A stretch of DNA of 63,633 bases, filler included, from Phoronis australis (Eukaryota; Animalia; Phoronida), in assembly GCA_002633005.1 (NCBI GenBank). It is 7 parts of 7 records of this genome, joined end to end, with 100 filler letters (N's around TTAATTAATTAA, not from the genome) between each part and the next. Parts side by side here need not be neighbours in the genome. Positions count along the whole stretch, not along the records: positions 1 to 21,521 come from NMRA01001156.1; positions 21,622 to 25,342 come from NMRA01000005.1; positions 25,443 to 43,818 come from NMRA01000889.1; 4 more parts are not named here. One strand, given 5' to 3'. Positions within the stretch are counted from its first letter, which is position 1. Every line of letters begins with the position of its first letter. The position numbers were made by a program, and so were the translations under genes. Under the pieces are notes generated by a model. That model saw only the letters and a list, made by a program, of their open reading frames with translations. It had not been told where the DNA came from and ran no database searches. This document shows, piece by piece, positions 14,314 to 25,780 of the stretch.

Positions 14314-14443
14314 AGGGTTTAACTTACCACCACCAGTCCAACGTAATATTGCATCTAATTGTTTTATAAGTGTTGGTCTACAGAGGTTAATTTACCACCA
14401 TCAGCGCAATGCAATATTGCGTCTAATTGTTTCGTCGGTGTCT
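14314..14443. repeat. ~69-bp diverged tandem repeat x2
   Basis: TTACCACCA.CAG..CAA.G.AATATTGC.TCTAATTGTTT occurs twice. Confidence 0.8.
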
Positions 14444-15108
14444 AGAGATCAACACACCAGAGGAAAAGCAAACGAATTTAATATCTGCGGTGTGTCTCAT
14501 GTTTGATATCTAAAGCTTACGAGCCCTACAGTATGTGTGGAAACAGCAACACCCTTGTTTGCGATTATCAAAGTTGTAAGCTAATACGTATTGTAAAATG
14601 GCCGTGCATATTGCACATAGGCGTATAAGCTGGATGGGAAAAATTATGGAGAATGCAGGTGGAGGCGGGGGTGGAATTGGTGGCGACCGAGCTCATATAC
14701 GGGGAAATTTAAGTCATTATACCCACATATAAAAAAGAAAAGTTCAGGGCCCGTATCTAATACCTGTATTTGGAATCGAATTGGAAGTTAATTTTGACAT
14801 TTCCCGTTCTACGTTTGCACGAACTCAAGAACAGTGTCCATTATCCTGTACTCGAGTACATTATGATTTAGGAAGATGCGTTCCATGCACAATTAAAGAG
14901 AAAATTGCAAGGTTCAAACCAATCTGAACAACATTATGGTTTAAATTCTAGTTTATAATTATTATTGCTATATTAACTGAATTGTACGTCGCTACACAAA
15001 GTTATTTACATATTTAGTGCCATGATGTTGTAACGCATTGTTGTAACGGCGAATAGAAACGGCGCCATTTTCGTTCGTTACACATCCGTGACGTGGTTTG
15101 GGGAGCAC

Positions 15109-16711
15109 AATGGAAACAATGTGAGTTCAAGTGAGTACAGCAGCGTAGATGAGGAATACTTTGGAAGATACAGGGACGGACAGTTGGACTTTTCAGATGA
15201 TTCCGACCTTTCGGATGTGGAGGAGGAGGTGACAGATCCCATAGGAACAATTTGTGTTCACAGGTTTTCTGTAGTGGAGCCGTTCTCCCTCGATCCCATC
15301 CACGGCCCTGTCTCCGGTCGTTGAAGACTCAGCCCCAGCCGGTTCGTCCAATGGACATCCACGGGCACAAGGTGCGCAGCAGTTGCAATTGGATGTTTAT
15401 GACTGGTAAGAATATTATCAATATGTATCCTACAACCGCGAATTATTACTTGGTCAAAAGTAGGTCCTTTACCAGTCAATCCCAGGCGCCCACATCCCCA
15501 CTTGTGAATCGTGTCTCAGCCGTGGATAAATACCAGTTTTAGTGATAAAAAACTGGGATTTTTTTCATTTTAGCAAATCACTCAAAACTTTCTTGGTCTG
15601 TGATTATTTGTAGACAGTGTGGCTCATTGGTTTGAGCTCGTTAGATTCAGGTTAGAGTCCTGGCTTTCACTGGCAGACAATTGAGAATTGCACAAAATCA
15701 CAAAATCGTCTCCAACTTCTCTGAGACTGAGCTGGGTGTTACTTGCAAGTGAATAAATATATGCAAGGGAATGAATGAGAACCACCATGGAATAAGCGAC
15801 TGTAAAGTGTAAGAAGAGGATGAAAGAATCGCAATTTTATAATTTAAACTTTCTCACCTCGGTGCTTGGAGGGCGGGGGGAGGGGGCATAATTTTATAGG
15901 TTATGAAACAGGTCACTCCATTTTTTTCGTACTCAAGGGTCAAGTCAACTCGGAGAACGGGTCTCACGACTACTCACAAAAGAGTTGCCTGCATCAATGA
16001 ATCAGGGCTACTACCTTGTGTCTTAGGGTCAGCTAAAAATCAATCAACTAATGTCCATTACTATATATGATCAATTTGTATGAAAAATAAATAGGTTGTG
16101 ATGCTCTAAAGTTTGTTTTTTGGAAACATATTTGATTTTTGTTCTGTTGTAAACAGATCGCTGCTCAAGTGAGGTTTACTTTGAGCAATCAATTTTCTTG
16201 AAAACTGTAGTCGTATGCAGCTCCCTCAAGAGGCACTCTTGGTAAATTTTTGAATTCCAAATTTTGATGTTTATTGAAGTAATGTGTTGTTGATGACACA
16301 TCTTGCAGGTGCACCTGGGGCAACTGTCAGACAACCTCAGTTGTTGATGAAAGAGTATGTTGTCAAGAGGTCGACTAGGTTGTTGCAAAACGTGAGGAAG
16401 AAATGAAGCGTGACAACTAACAAAGAAGAAAAAATGTATGGTGGAGCATGGGGGTTTAAACCTGTATACATCAATCGTGGTGTTTTGGACTGCATGGCTG
16501 CAATACAAAAGTCAATATCCTTATGCCTATGACAGACCATTGGATAAAAGGATGCGACACGTGGCCTACAGACAGTTCCAAAGATGGGTACACGGTCACA
16601 TAGGACAAACTGTTTGTGATGTCATTCCAGTAAGCGCAGTAGCCTGCATCAGAGCTTTCTACCCTCCGCTAGGAAATGAGGAGGACTCTTGAGTTCCATG
16701 GATTTTCTTAA
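15109..16711 (+). pseudogene. Two-exon P2X7 C-terminal (ballast)/Nanor-like, KolX-type pseudogene
   Basis: Acidic exon 1 ending DVYDW|GTAAG (15405). Exon 2 from ttgcag|16309: CTWGNC..ERVCCQE..MVEHGG..TAWLQY..RMRHVAYRQFQRWVHGHIGQTVCDVIPVSAVACIRAFYP..EFHGFS*. Contains stops and frameshifts. Confidence 0.85.
15616..15820 (+). mobile_element. Possible degenerate tRNA-derived SINE in the P2X7-like intron
   Basis: A-box-like TGGCTCATTGG followed by B-box-like GGTTAGAGTCC. Confidence 0.3.
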
Positions 16712-16799
16712 TAGTTCCATCCATTTATAGATATCAACAGTTGTCTCAGCCTTGGAATGCTAACTCCTGTACATGACCTATGTATTCTATTATTAGAAC

Positions 16800-18890
16800 T
16801 TGTGACGATATCGGAGAATGACCAAAACAGTGAGCAACCAGTCTCACTTGAAGAACTAGATGCAACCCTACGTTCGATGAGTAAAGACTCGGCTCCCGGG
16901 CCGGATGGAGTTAAATACTCTAACCTGAAAAGCATGAGCACAGAGGGAAGAGCCAGCTCTTTCAGATCATAAACAGTTCACTTGTTGATAGAACCATGGA
17001 CCAGGACCTCAAAGACTACAGCATGGTGGTTATTCCAAAGCCGATGAAAGACCATAGTAAACTGAAGGGATACAGAATCATCACCATGGCGAACACCTTT
17101 GCAAAAATTACGAAAGAAATTGTAGCGCAGCGACTAGCATATGACCTAGAGAGACGTGGCTGTCTATCACCGAGAGTTGGAGGAGCTAGACCAAGAAGAT
17201 CCACTGTCTCCAACGTTGAAGCGATACTGCATGAAATTCAGCAGGGAATACAGGTTTCACAACCCACTGCAATTGCTCTCTTCGATCTGGAAGAAGCCTA
17301 CAACAAAGTGGATGTGGGTATTCTTGCCAACAAACTCAGACAAATGAAGGTGTCCGATATGATGATCCGTTGGATTCTAGTCTTGCTGGATACCCGCAGA
17401 TGTCACCTCAAATTCGGCAAGTGGAAGTCAGGCATCTTTGGAGCAAGCTCAGGCCTCCCACAAGGGTCCCCTCTCAGCTCAGTGCTCTTTAACGTCTATA
17501 CGGCAGATCTCATACAAGCAGCAAGTGTAGGTGGAGCTTCACCATACAGCTATGTTGATGACTTGATAGTCGCCAATGAGGCGAACACTCCAAGACATGC
17601 CATGGAGGGCCTGCAATCAGCAAGTGATGGTGTGGCCAATTGGACCAAAGAAAACAACATGTCCATCCAACCAGNGCAGCTCATGAATGCAACTGTCGGC
17701 GCAAGAACTGAGTATGGGCTCCATCTGTGCCTATGTGCCTCCCAACAGTCAATGACCAAACTACAGAGGATTCAAAACCAGGCCATGAGGATAGTAACCA
17801 GTGCAGCTAGACCCACTCCGGTAGACAGTTTCCAATACTGGTTAGGTATCAATATCATCCGTACTAAACAGAAGACACTAGCAGCCCAAGCATTTCTAAA
17901 GGCAGAACCAATTCTCATCCTCTGTACCTGGACTTGAGAGAGCATAGTGATGAGCACACTGCACAGAGGGTGAAAACTGTTCAACCATGGGTTATCGGAG
18001 CTAGGGAGCTTGTCGAAGAGGTATGTCCAGTGGTGATCATCAACAGCATAAAGTGGTCGAAAAGCAAAATTTGTCATCAACACCATGGAGATTGGATGCC
18101 GTCATTGGCGGGAAAGAGCTGACTGTATCAACCAAGCAACTGTATCGGAATGGCTTGAAGAACAATCTCCCACAATCATTGTTGCAACGGTAGGCTCACT
18201 AAGAGATGACACTACGGCTTGGGCAGTAGTTGCTTGCACTCGCGAGGGTCAACGCCTCTTCGAATGGTCAACAGCACGCGCAGGAAAATCCTCGTCTTTT
18301 TAGAGCTGAATGTGAAGCATATGAAGACGCCCAAGTCTGGCTCTCACAAACACAACACCTGCAGACAGATCATTTCTACTTACGGACTCCCTCAGCCACA
18401 TTAGCAGGCTGAAAACTGGTCATATGAAAGATTCCTAGATCCCTCTGTTCATCTCTATTAATGGTCTCTTCAACAGTGTTTATATACCAGGACACTGTGG
18501 CATCTCATTCAACGTCAAGGCGGATGAGCTTGCAGGCATCGCAGAACCGATTGCCGACCTGCTCCTCACACCAGCAGATATAATCTCCAGAGTGCGTGAA
18601 TCGATTACGGATGTCGAGAATGTACAACAGCAGGAGAGATGGGCAACAAAGCGCCTCACAGAGCGAGGATGGCAATACGGAGATGCAGCAAAAACTCGCA
18701 TCAGGGGAAAAGATCGAAGAGTGTGTAACCAGCACGAACTTGGTTGCATCACCAAATTTACATTGCGTGCAATACTGGAAGGAGGAGGGCCAGAGACTAT
18801 GCCGGGGCATATCCTCTGACGTCGCCACAGAAAGAGAAACAGAAACAGCTAGGCCACAATATTTATTGTCATTGTATTGAAGAAACATTG
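16800..18890 (+). mobile_element. Decayed non-LTR retrotransposon with RT + RNase H (I-group-like), 5' truncated
   Basis: SAPGPDGV, IPKP..YRII, FDLEEAYNKV, GLPQGSPLSSVLFNVY, YVDD; RNase H motifs IIVATVGS..AECEA..TDS..IPGHCGISFNVKADELA; multiple stops and frameshifts. Confidence 0.9.
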
Positions 18891-18899
18891 AAATATTTC

Positions 18900-19042
18900 C
18901 AGGGGCGGATCCAGGATTTTGAGTTAGGGGGCCATGGCACAGTATTAGCCAATATTGCCCGTCAGACATTGGTACCCCCAAACTGTCAAATGGAACCTGG
19001 GAAAATCTTAGGGGGGCATGGCCCCCTCTAAATCCGCCACTA
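18900..19042 (+). mobile_element. MITE family A copy 1 (Harbinger-like GGGGCGGATCCAG end)
   Basis: CAGGGGCGGATCCAG ... CTAAATCCGCCACT TIR; homologous along its length to 56359-56520 in reverse orientation. Confidence 0.8.
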
Positions 19043-19799
19043 GTAAGAACATAGTATAATCACCTGGTTTATCTATACAAACGGGGCAGCCAAATGCCAC
19101 ACAGAAAAGCTTTTTACAATTTCCACTACTGGTACTATAAATACTCCTGACATTGCTATCTGTACCACTATCAAAAATTTAATCTAAAACATTGGTAGGG
19201 ACTGTCAAATATGTGACAGAAAGAAATTCCAGTGTTGTACATTGACAAAGCAGCCAGTCTGAACTTATCTGTGCCACGGCATCCTCCTTGGACACATCTG
19301 GAGCACCAGCAGTCGGCATTGAAGTGGCATCAATTTCTAAGCAAATTTCAAGATCACCAGGATCTCTTTTGTTCTGCATTAAGTGGAAGGTGTTCTCCCT
19401 TACTTCATTTACATACTCTGAAAAGCACAACGGCAGCAATTCCGAAGTAAACAAAAAAAAATTTTGAATCCAGAGTAGTCCATGAAGTGAAACACGACGA
19501 CATCTAATTGTAAGTTTTCTCATAATTTTATAACCTTTTAGCAAATGCCAAAACTAGATTTCAAACCTGTTTTTCTTCTTTTTTTGAAGCAGATTTCTTT
19601 TATAATCAAAACCTTGGAATTGAGTTACCATCGTGTTTGCATTATTTTCAATATACATGCGTACATGCATCTTTTGATATCAGCTTTCTTTGCTGTGGCG
19701 TTTAGTTTTACTGATCCATTTATAACTAAATCTTTCACCGAAAAACAACATATTTTAAACACTTGAGAACTATGCTGATTGTGAAAAAAGATTGTTATT

Positions 19800-20023
19800 G
19801 TTCAGGCACTGCGACAGCGTCATTAATTCTTAGACATCAAATGGTCGGAGCATATTTCGGCTCCGACAGATGGCTGACTCGACAGTCATTTTCCAAAGAC
19901 TAGCAGTGCACACGAAAACGTGCCATTACGCGACCAGATGCTTGTCTTTTTAGAATTCAAATGGGCTCACACCTTCCACCTGGGTGGTGTTAGAACAGTT
20001 AGCGCACACACACCGATGCCCAT
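19800..20023 (-). pseudogene. THAP zinc-finger N-terminus of a transposase (pseudogene; not in the ORF track)
   Basis: M-HRCVCANCSNTTQVEGVSPFEF*KDKHLVA*WHVFV..LWK..EICSDH..AVP shows the C2CH, W and AVP hallmarks of THAP, with stops and frameshifts. Confidence 0.75.
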
Positions 20024-21521
20024 TGCTAAAGCACGCCAAGATTGAACGGTCTTAGTTCGTCGTGTACTGTGATATAGTAACGGTGAACTGCATTGTGGGA
20101 TATTATCTGGTTTGTGTTCTCCAATACCATGTCACGGTGTCAAAGGTCAACTTTTCGCGGATTTTTTTATTTTTGCTTTTTTAAATATTTAAAGTCATAA
20201 TTATACGATAATTTGAATAAAACACATCCAAATAGTAATACCTTGAAGATATTATTGCAATTTAACATACTTGGACCTTGCAAATTACACTTTTAATAAC
20301 TCCGGGATTTGAACTACAAACTCTAAAATTGAGATTTATCGTAAAAACTCGTGATTTCTAGTTCAGATAAGAATGTAAAGCTTTATACTGGGGCAACACC
20401 AGTAAACCATGTTGTCATGCAACCGTCAGAAAAAAAAACGACTAAGGCGATACACACATTTCTACTTCAAAACAGGTGTACAATAATGTCGTTTTTGTGC
20501 ACACGTTTTGTTTTTAAGTGACCCAATGACGGGGGTTCTGTCCATAACGGAGAAGGCGGTTTCCCTGTACTGAGGCTAAAAATCCATCAGATACATGCAC
20601 ATGTGTCAGGCTCATTGTAACGAGTTCAGATAATGAAAGCTAATAAGTCTATTCACGTGTCATTGAACTCGGCACAATTGCCTGCTCATAGAAACTTCAA
20701 TTAAGAAAGTCTCTAATGAGATGACTTCTCCCTTAAAAATCCCGATTTGCGATTTTTTTCAAAATATGACGCAATCGTACCAAATTAACTCACTAATTGT
20801 GTTTCTCAAGTCTACCTATCTACCTCCGTTGTCAAGGATTAAACTTCGAAGATCTAACGTTAACCCATTAAAAACATCCATGGTGACAAATACGTTTTTT
20901 GTGCACCGAAGTAATTCCAGGTGCTAAATTATTATTTACTTGATTATTTTTCTAAATATCACTCTATATGTTTCCTAGACCTCCACAGCATGAACGTTTT
21001 TGCTTGTAATTTGTTAATTGTGATCTATAAACAACATTTGCTCCGTCACGTAGCTACATAAGTGCGGACATGATCTTACGCAGACTTCGTTTCTGTAAAC
21101 GTCGATGACTTCCAAAATATCTGTGCCAGGGATCTTATCTTTTAACTTCAGATCGAACTCGAAATGAGTTTTTGCATTTTCTGTTCTACTTTGCTGCCAA
21201 CTGTGTCTAATCTTCTATGCTCGAGTACATAATGGTTTTGGTGATTAAATGTCTAATCCTAGTTTGAACTTAATGACCCCTTCAAATTTCGACTTTTTAC
21301 AAGAAATATCGAGTTTTACTCGAGTTCTTAGCTCGAAATTAGGAGTCATCAAATGAGAACTTGGACTAAAAAGTCATTTGCATAGACTACAGAGCATTCG
21401 AGCACAGAATAATATACTTGTACACTTATCATGAGAGCACAGAATAGTCTTGTAAAGAAATGTGTGATGACACTTGGCTTACCTCAAAAACCAAATGCTG
21501 GCTAGTGGTTTGGTAATTGGC

Positions 21522-21621
21522 NNNNNNNNNNNNNNNNNNNNNNNNNNNNNNNNNNNNNNNNNNNNTTAATTAATTAANNNNNNNNNNNNNNNNNNNNNNN
21601 NNNNNNNNNNNNNNNNNNNNN
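21522..21621. other. Artificial contig spacer / assembly gap
   Basis: 44N+TTAATTAATTAA+44N. Confidence 0.98.
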
Positions 21622-22907
21622 ATAATTTGCGAATGTAATGAACTGTATTCCGCACTAAAGGGTTCATTAATGAACTATTTCAAACACTTGTTCTAAACGA
21701 ACATTTCGTCAATTTCTGACAATCGGGCGAATTTCTGACTCACTTCGTAGTTCCGAGTACTGCCGCTAGGGGTGGTCCTGTGAATCGCGTTAAATGTTTG
21801 GTTTACAATACTGAAGCACTTCAACTTTTCCTGACGAAAACTCAATGTAAAAGTCATTTCTCGTAGTGAGAACAATGATTCTTATATTTAAGTTTTTTTT
21901 TTCTATTTTGCTTCACATTTTTGTTGGTCAAGCCACTGTTAGACTTGGGTTGGCTTGCTGCCAGAGAGGTCCACACCCATCTTGCCTTGTTGGTCATGAC
22001 ATTTTATTCAGAATATGTCAAGATAGAAAATGAAAATGTTTTAATTTTAGATTAAACAAATATTAAAAATGTACAGTTCTACTGCAGTCCTGTGTTTCCA
22101 AGACTTTGTGGTCCACTACTTTGAAACATATACATGCTTTCGATAAACTTTTTTTCTGACCACGGGCCAGTACATATAGTTTTTAACAAAACAATTGAGG
22201 TTTGCCTAGACTGTTCATAAATCTCACCCTGATCTTTATCCTCCAGGTAAGCTTCGTTGAAATTTGCTGTGGACCAAACCAGTTGTTATTTTCTTCATTA
22301 TTTTTGTTCTTATAATTTCACTCCGATTTATCAGTTTCTATCATCATCATGTCTCACATTTCTTTCTCAACAGACTCTGCTTCTAGCTCTTGGTCCAGAT
22401 CCTTCTACTTTCCTGCTTCTACCGATTCTACTTGCATTTTATCAGTTATTCAGTTGGACATGATCTCATAGACAAACGGTCGAAGCCTCCTTCATTTTGG
22501 CTCTCCCCTCCACCTATCGGACGGTGCTTTTCAGCTCCTGATGCTGTTGTGGAGTCCGCTAAGAAGTACCATATGCCAACACCCCCTCTTAAGACACTGA
22601 CAGACAAATACTGACAACACCTATCTAGCTATTTCTTTTTTCTTTTCACTACCTTGTAGTTTAATAGTATTATGTCACCTTTGTTAAAATGTACATAATC
22701 TCCAAGTAGGGTAACATTTTCGCATAACACTGTTCAAATAATTATGAATTATAGTATTCTTTCAGGTCCTCGGATATCTGTCTTGGTTTAATATCCATTA
22801 AGATGAGGCTATCTACTCCTTTCGGCTGATTGATGACTTTGGTCAAAGAGACTTCGAAGTGCTGGAATAACTCAGTGTTGCATATAGATACTCCAATGAC
22901 TTATGAT

Positions 22908-23087
22908 AGTCAGAAAGGGTTTGGCCCCCCTTCCTTAAGGACGCCACAAGTCTGTGTAAGGTACTCCACTAACTTGGTCATTGAAAGGGTTTGGCTCCCT
23001 TTTCTTGAGGATGCCACAAGCCTCCAAGGTACTTCGCTGACGTACAGTAGTCAGTGAAAGGGTTTGGCCCCCTTCCTTGAGGATGCC
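22908..23087. repeat. ~70-bp minisatellite, 2.5 copies
   Basis: GAAAGGGTTTGGC.CCC.TT.CTT.AGGA.GCC at about 22913, 22983 and 23056. Confidence 0.85.
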
Positions 23088-23987
23088 TTGAAAACTTTAT
23101 TTATCTGTCCATCATAAATTCTTTTTTGTGTTCATATCACTTGAGACAATTTTAGGATTATGAATATTGCAGTTGTTGGTTTTATAGCATGAACATTCCT
23201 GGATGGCTCATGACAGGGTCTTCATTTTATTACATTGTTGTGGAAAGTTTATGTAAAAGTTTTATTTATTATATGTCTTTCAGAAGCTTGTATTAAAATG
23301 TTCTATTTATCATACTTGTCATCAATACATTTTTGAAATGATGTTTGTTTATCTTTGATTTTTATTTAATGTAATTGATTTTGACAAAGTTAAGTCGGTT
23401 GCAAACAGCATGATTGTTAAAAACAATATCACAAATAATATCAATAATTTACTCAATCAATTATCAAGTTGCAACTTTCCTGATGAAAAATCTTTAAAAT
23501 GATACCTTATTTGTTTTTTTCCTGGAGTAATTGTTATTTTATGAAAAATTGAAATTGCAAAATTGTACGTAGTGACTTCTCTTTGTTAGCTGTGTTGACT
23601 TTAAGGTCAATATCTTCGCACAGGAACGTCTAATCGAAATGGTTTTTTTGGCAAATTATTCATCATAAAAAGTTCTTTAAAATGATGTATTACATATCTA
23701 TTTACGTTTCTTAGTTTTGAAATAATATTTTGAACTCGCAGATTCGATTTGACAGAATTTTTAAGAAAAATTTTGACACGACAAAGAACATTTTCTCCGG
23801 AACCATAAGTCCAATTTAAAAAATTTTACTATCGTTATTTTAGTCTCGAAAAGAGCTTTCTAATGATGTATATTACATGCACATTTTCTAAAATTTTTGA
23901 AAAATGCTGTTCTCCCTAATGACGATGACTGTATGCGAGATATCCTGGTGTTCACCTTCCTGGTGGCATGCTTGTTCCGTATGAAAG

Positions 23988-24416
23988 CAAGGTACCTAAA
24001 CTACACGGTCAACGGACTCATAAACACGACTCACGGACCTGCAAACACCGTCCACTGACTCACAAACACGGGAACGGACTCAAAAACACGATCCACGCAC
24101 CCAAATACATGGGACACGGACTCACATTCACGAGGAAACACGGTTAACGGACCGCCAAACACAGATCACGGACAAAATGAAGATGTCAGCTGACCGAGGA
24201 AGCCGATGAGTCCGTGACCCGTGTTTGGCGGTCCGTTAACCGTGTTTCCTCATGAATGTGAGTCCGTGTCCCGTGTATTTGGGTGCGTGGATCGTGTTTT
24301 GTGAGTCCGTTCCCGTGTTTGTGAGTCAGTGGACGGTATTTGCAGGTCCGTGAGTCGTGTTCATGCGTCCGTGCCCGTGTTTATGAGTCCGTTGACCGTG
24401 TAGTTTAGGTACCTTG
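23988..24416. mobile_element. Foldback/MITE: ~190-bp near-perfect inverted arms built of ~21-bp subrepeats, 5-bp TSD GAAAG
   Basis: GAAAG|CAAGGTACCTAAACTACACGGTCAACGGACTC ... GAGTCCGTTGACCGTGTAGTTTAGGTACCTTG|GAAAG. Confidence 0.92.
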
Positions 24417-24488
24417 GAAAGGGGGAATGGAATGTTGTAGATGTGCTTCCGGTGAATCACATGAGACTCTACTCGCTAACGGGCAATT

Positions 24489-24555
24489 GCCTATTAGCTG
24501 AATGGTTAGCACGCTTGACGGTTTGGGTCGCTGGTTCGATTCCGGGGTCGGGTAA
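24489..24555 (+). mobile_element. tRNA-derived SINE head / tRNA pseudogene
   Basis: A-box TAGCTGAATGG and B-box GGTTCGATTCC; anticodon arm shortened, acceptor stem poor. Confidence 0.6.
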
Positions 24556-25342
24556 TCTCGGCTATTACTACACCTGGTTCTCTTAATCATGGTCTATTAT
24601 ATCGAAATAGTGCCGTTCGACGATTATTCCCCTCATCCTAAGATTAGCAGACATCGCGTAACGCATTTTGTCAGCATTTTGATTTGACGAGTTTTGCTAA
24701 GCGTCGAGCCTTAAATGGTGACCGATTTGATAAAAAAACGTCAAAAATATGAGTACTTATGCACCTAGAATAAAATTTTAACACTTCAGAAAAATAATAA
24801 AGTACACGATGATTCCATTAAAACGAGATTTTAGTCGATTTTCACAGGAAGAAAGAAAACACAAACATACTTCCAAGATGGACGAACAGAAAAGGACACA
24901 TCCGGGATTTAACAGGGTCAAGGTCGTCTAAGTCATTTAATCAAAATAACCTGGTTCCCGGGCCTCACAAGATGACGTCACGGATAACTTGTGAAGGCCC
25001 AGGTACAGGATACTAGAACGATGGATTTCATTGGCTGTCAGCTGGCAATTTTTAACCAGGAAGTTGGTGCTGCGCATGTTTACATCCGGTAATACGTTAC
25101 TAGGTCGCTAGGTGTCGCGAAAGTAAAAGTTATTTTGCGAGTTGCGTTTGCGGTCGGAACTGTGGTGAGGTAGCTGTTTATATTGTTATATTATCAACAA
25201 ACTGTGCAGAAATTCACGTCATTATCGATTCCTTATTATGAAAATAAATAAATCTGAATTAACAATGGCTTCACTCTTTTCACTTGGCTTTTTCAGTTTC
25301 ATTATTTACGCTTTATAGTAGGAAATGAAAACGTCTCTTGCA

Positions 25343-25442
25343 NNNNNNNNNNNNNNNNNNNNNNNNNNNNNNNNNNNNNNNNNNNNTTAATTAATTAANN
25401 NNNNNNNNNNNNNNNNNNNNNNNNNNNNNNNNNNNNNNNNNN
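25343..25442. other. Artificial contig spacer / assembly gap
   Basis: 44N+TTAATTAATTAA+44N. Confidence 0.98.
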
Positions 25443-25529
25443 AGGTTGGTTTAGCTTCAATTGAACTAGACTGCAGCCTATTTCTTAATGATTTATGACA
25501 TCTAAATTCGTCATATGAATGTTGTGATG

Positions 25530-25780
25530 TTGTTCATCATCGCCACCAACATCATCATATTCGTCATCATCGTCATCATCTTCGTCATCATCTCCGTCTT
25601 TTCCTTAATTTCGCCAAGTGTCGCTCAAGACTAGCCTTTTTCTTACTGATTTCGGACTCCTACGTTCGTCATGTGTATGTTATTAACTTCTTTTGTTCAT
25701 CCTCACCACCATCTTCGTCATATTCGTCATCTTCGTCATCATCTTTATCGTCATCTTTTTGGTTAATTTCGCCAAGGTTC
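25530..25780. repeat. ~160-bp tandem duplication with (CAT/CGT/CTT)n core
   Basis: TGTTCATC..CACCA..TCATATTCGTCATC...TTAATTTCGCCAAG occurs twice. Confidence 0.8.

Larger units (their letters stand above)
14897..20292. mobile_element. Decayed Kolobok-type DNA transposon (TTAA-flanked, 21-bp imperfect TIR) with nested LINE and MITE
   Basis: TTAA|AGAGAAAATTGCAAGGTTCAA ... TTGGACCTTGCAAATTACACT(T)|TTAA (17/21 match). Encloses a convergent P2X7-C-like gene (+) and THAP gene (-). Confidence 0.7.

Noticed and set aside
21566-21577. TTAATTAATTAA as a biological motif
   Set aside because: It is identical and centred in every N-run, so it is a synthetic linker.
22815-22870. Hammerhead ribozyme / Penelope end (CTGATTGA-hairpin-CGAAG)
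   Set aside because: The core deviates from CUGANGA...GAAA and no stems I/III are evident.
22908-23087. CRISPR-like repeat/spacer appearance
   Set aside because: The spacers are homologous (both contain AAGGTACT), the repeats are degenerate, and the context is eukaryotic with no cas genes; it is a minisatellite.
24489-24555. Functional tRNA
   Set aside because: A and B boxes are present but there is no proper anticodon arm or acceptor stem.
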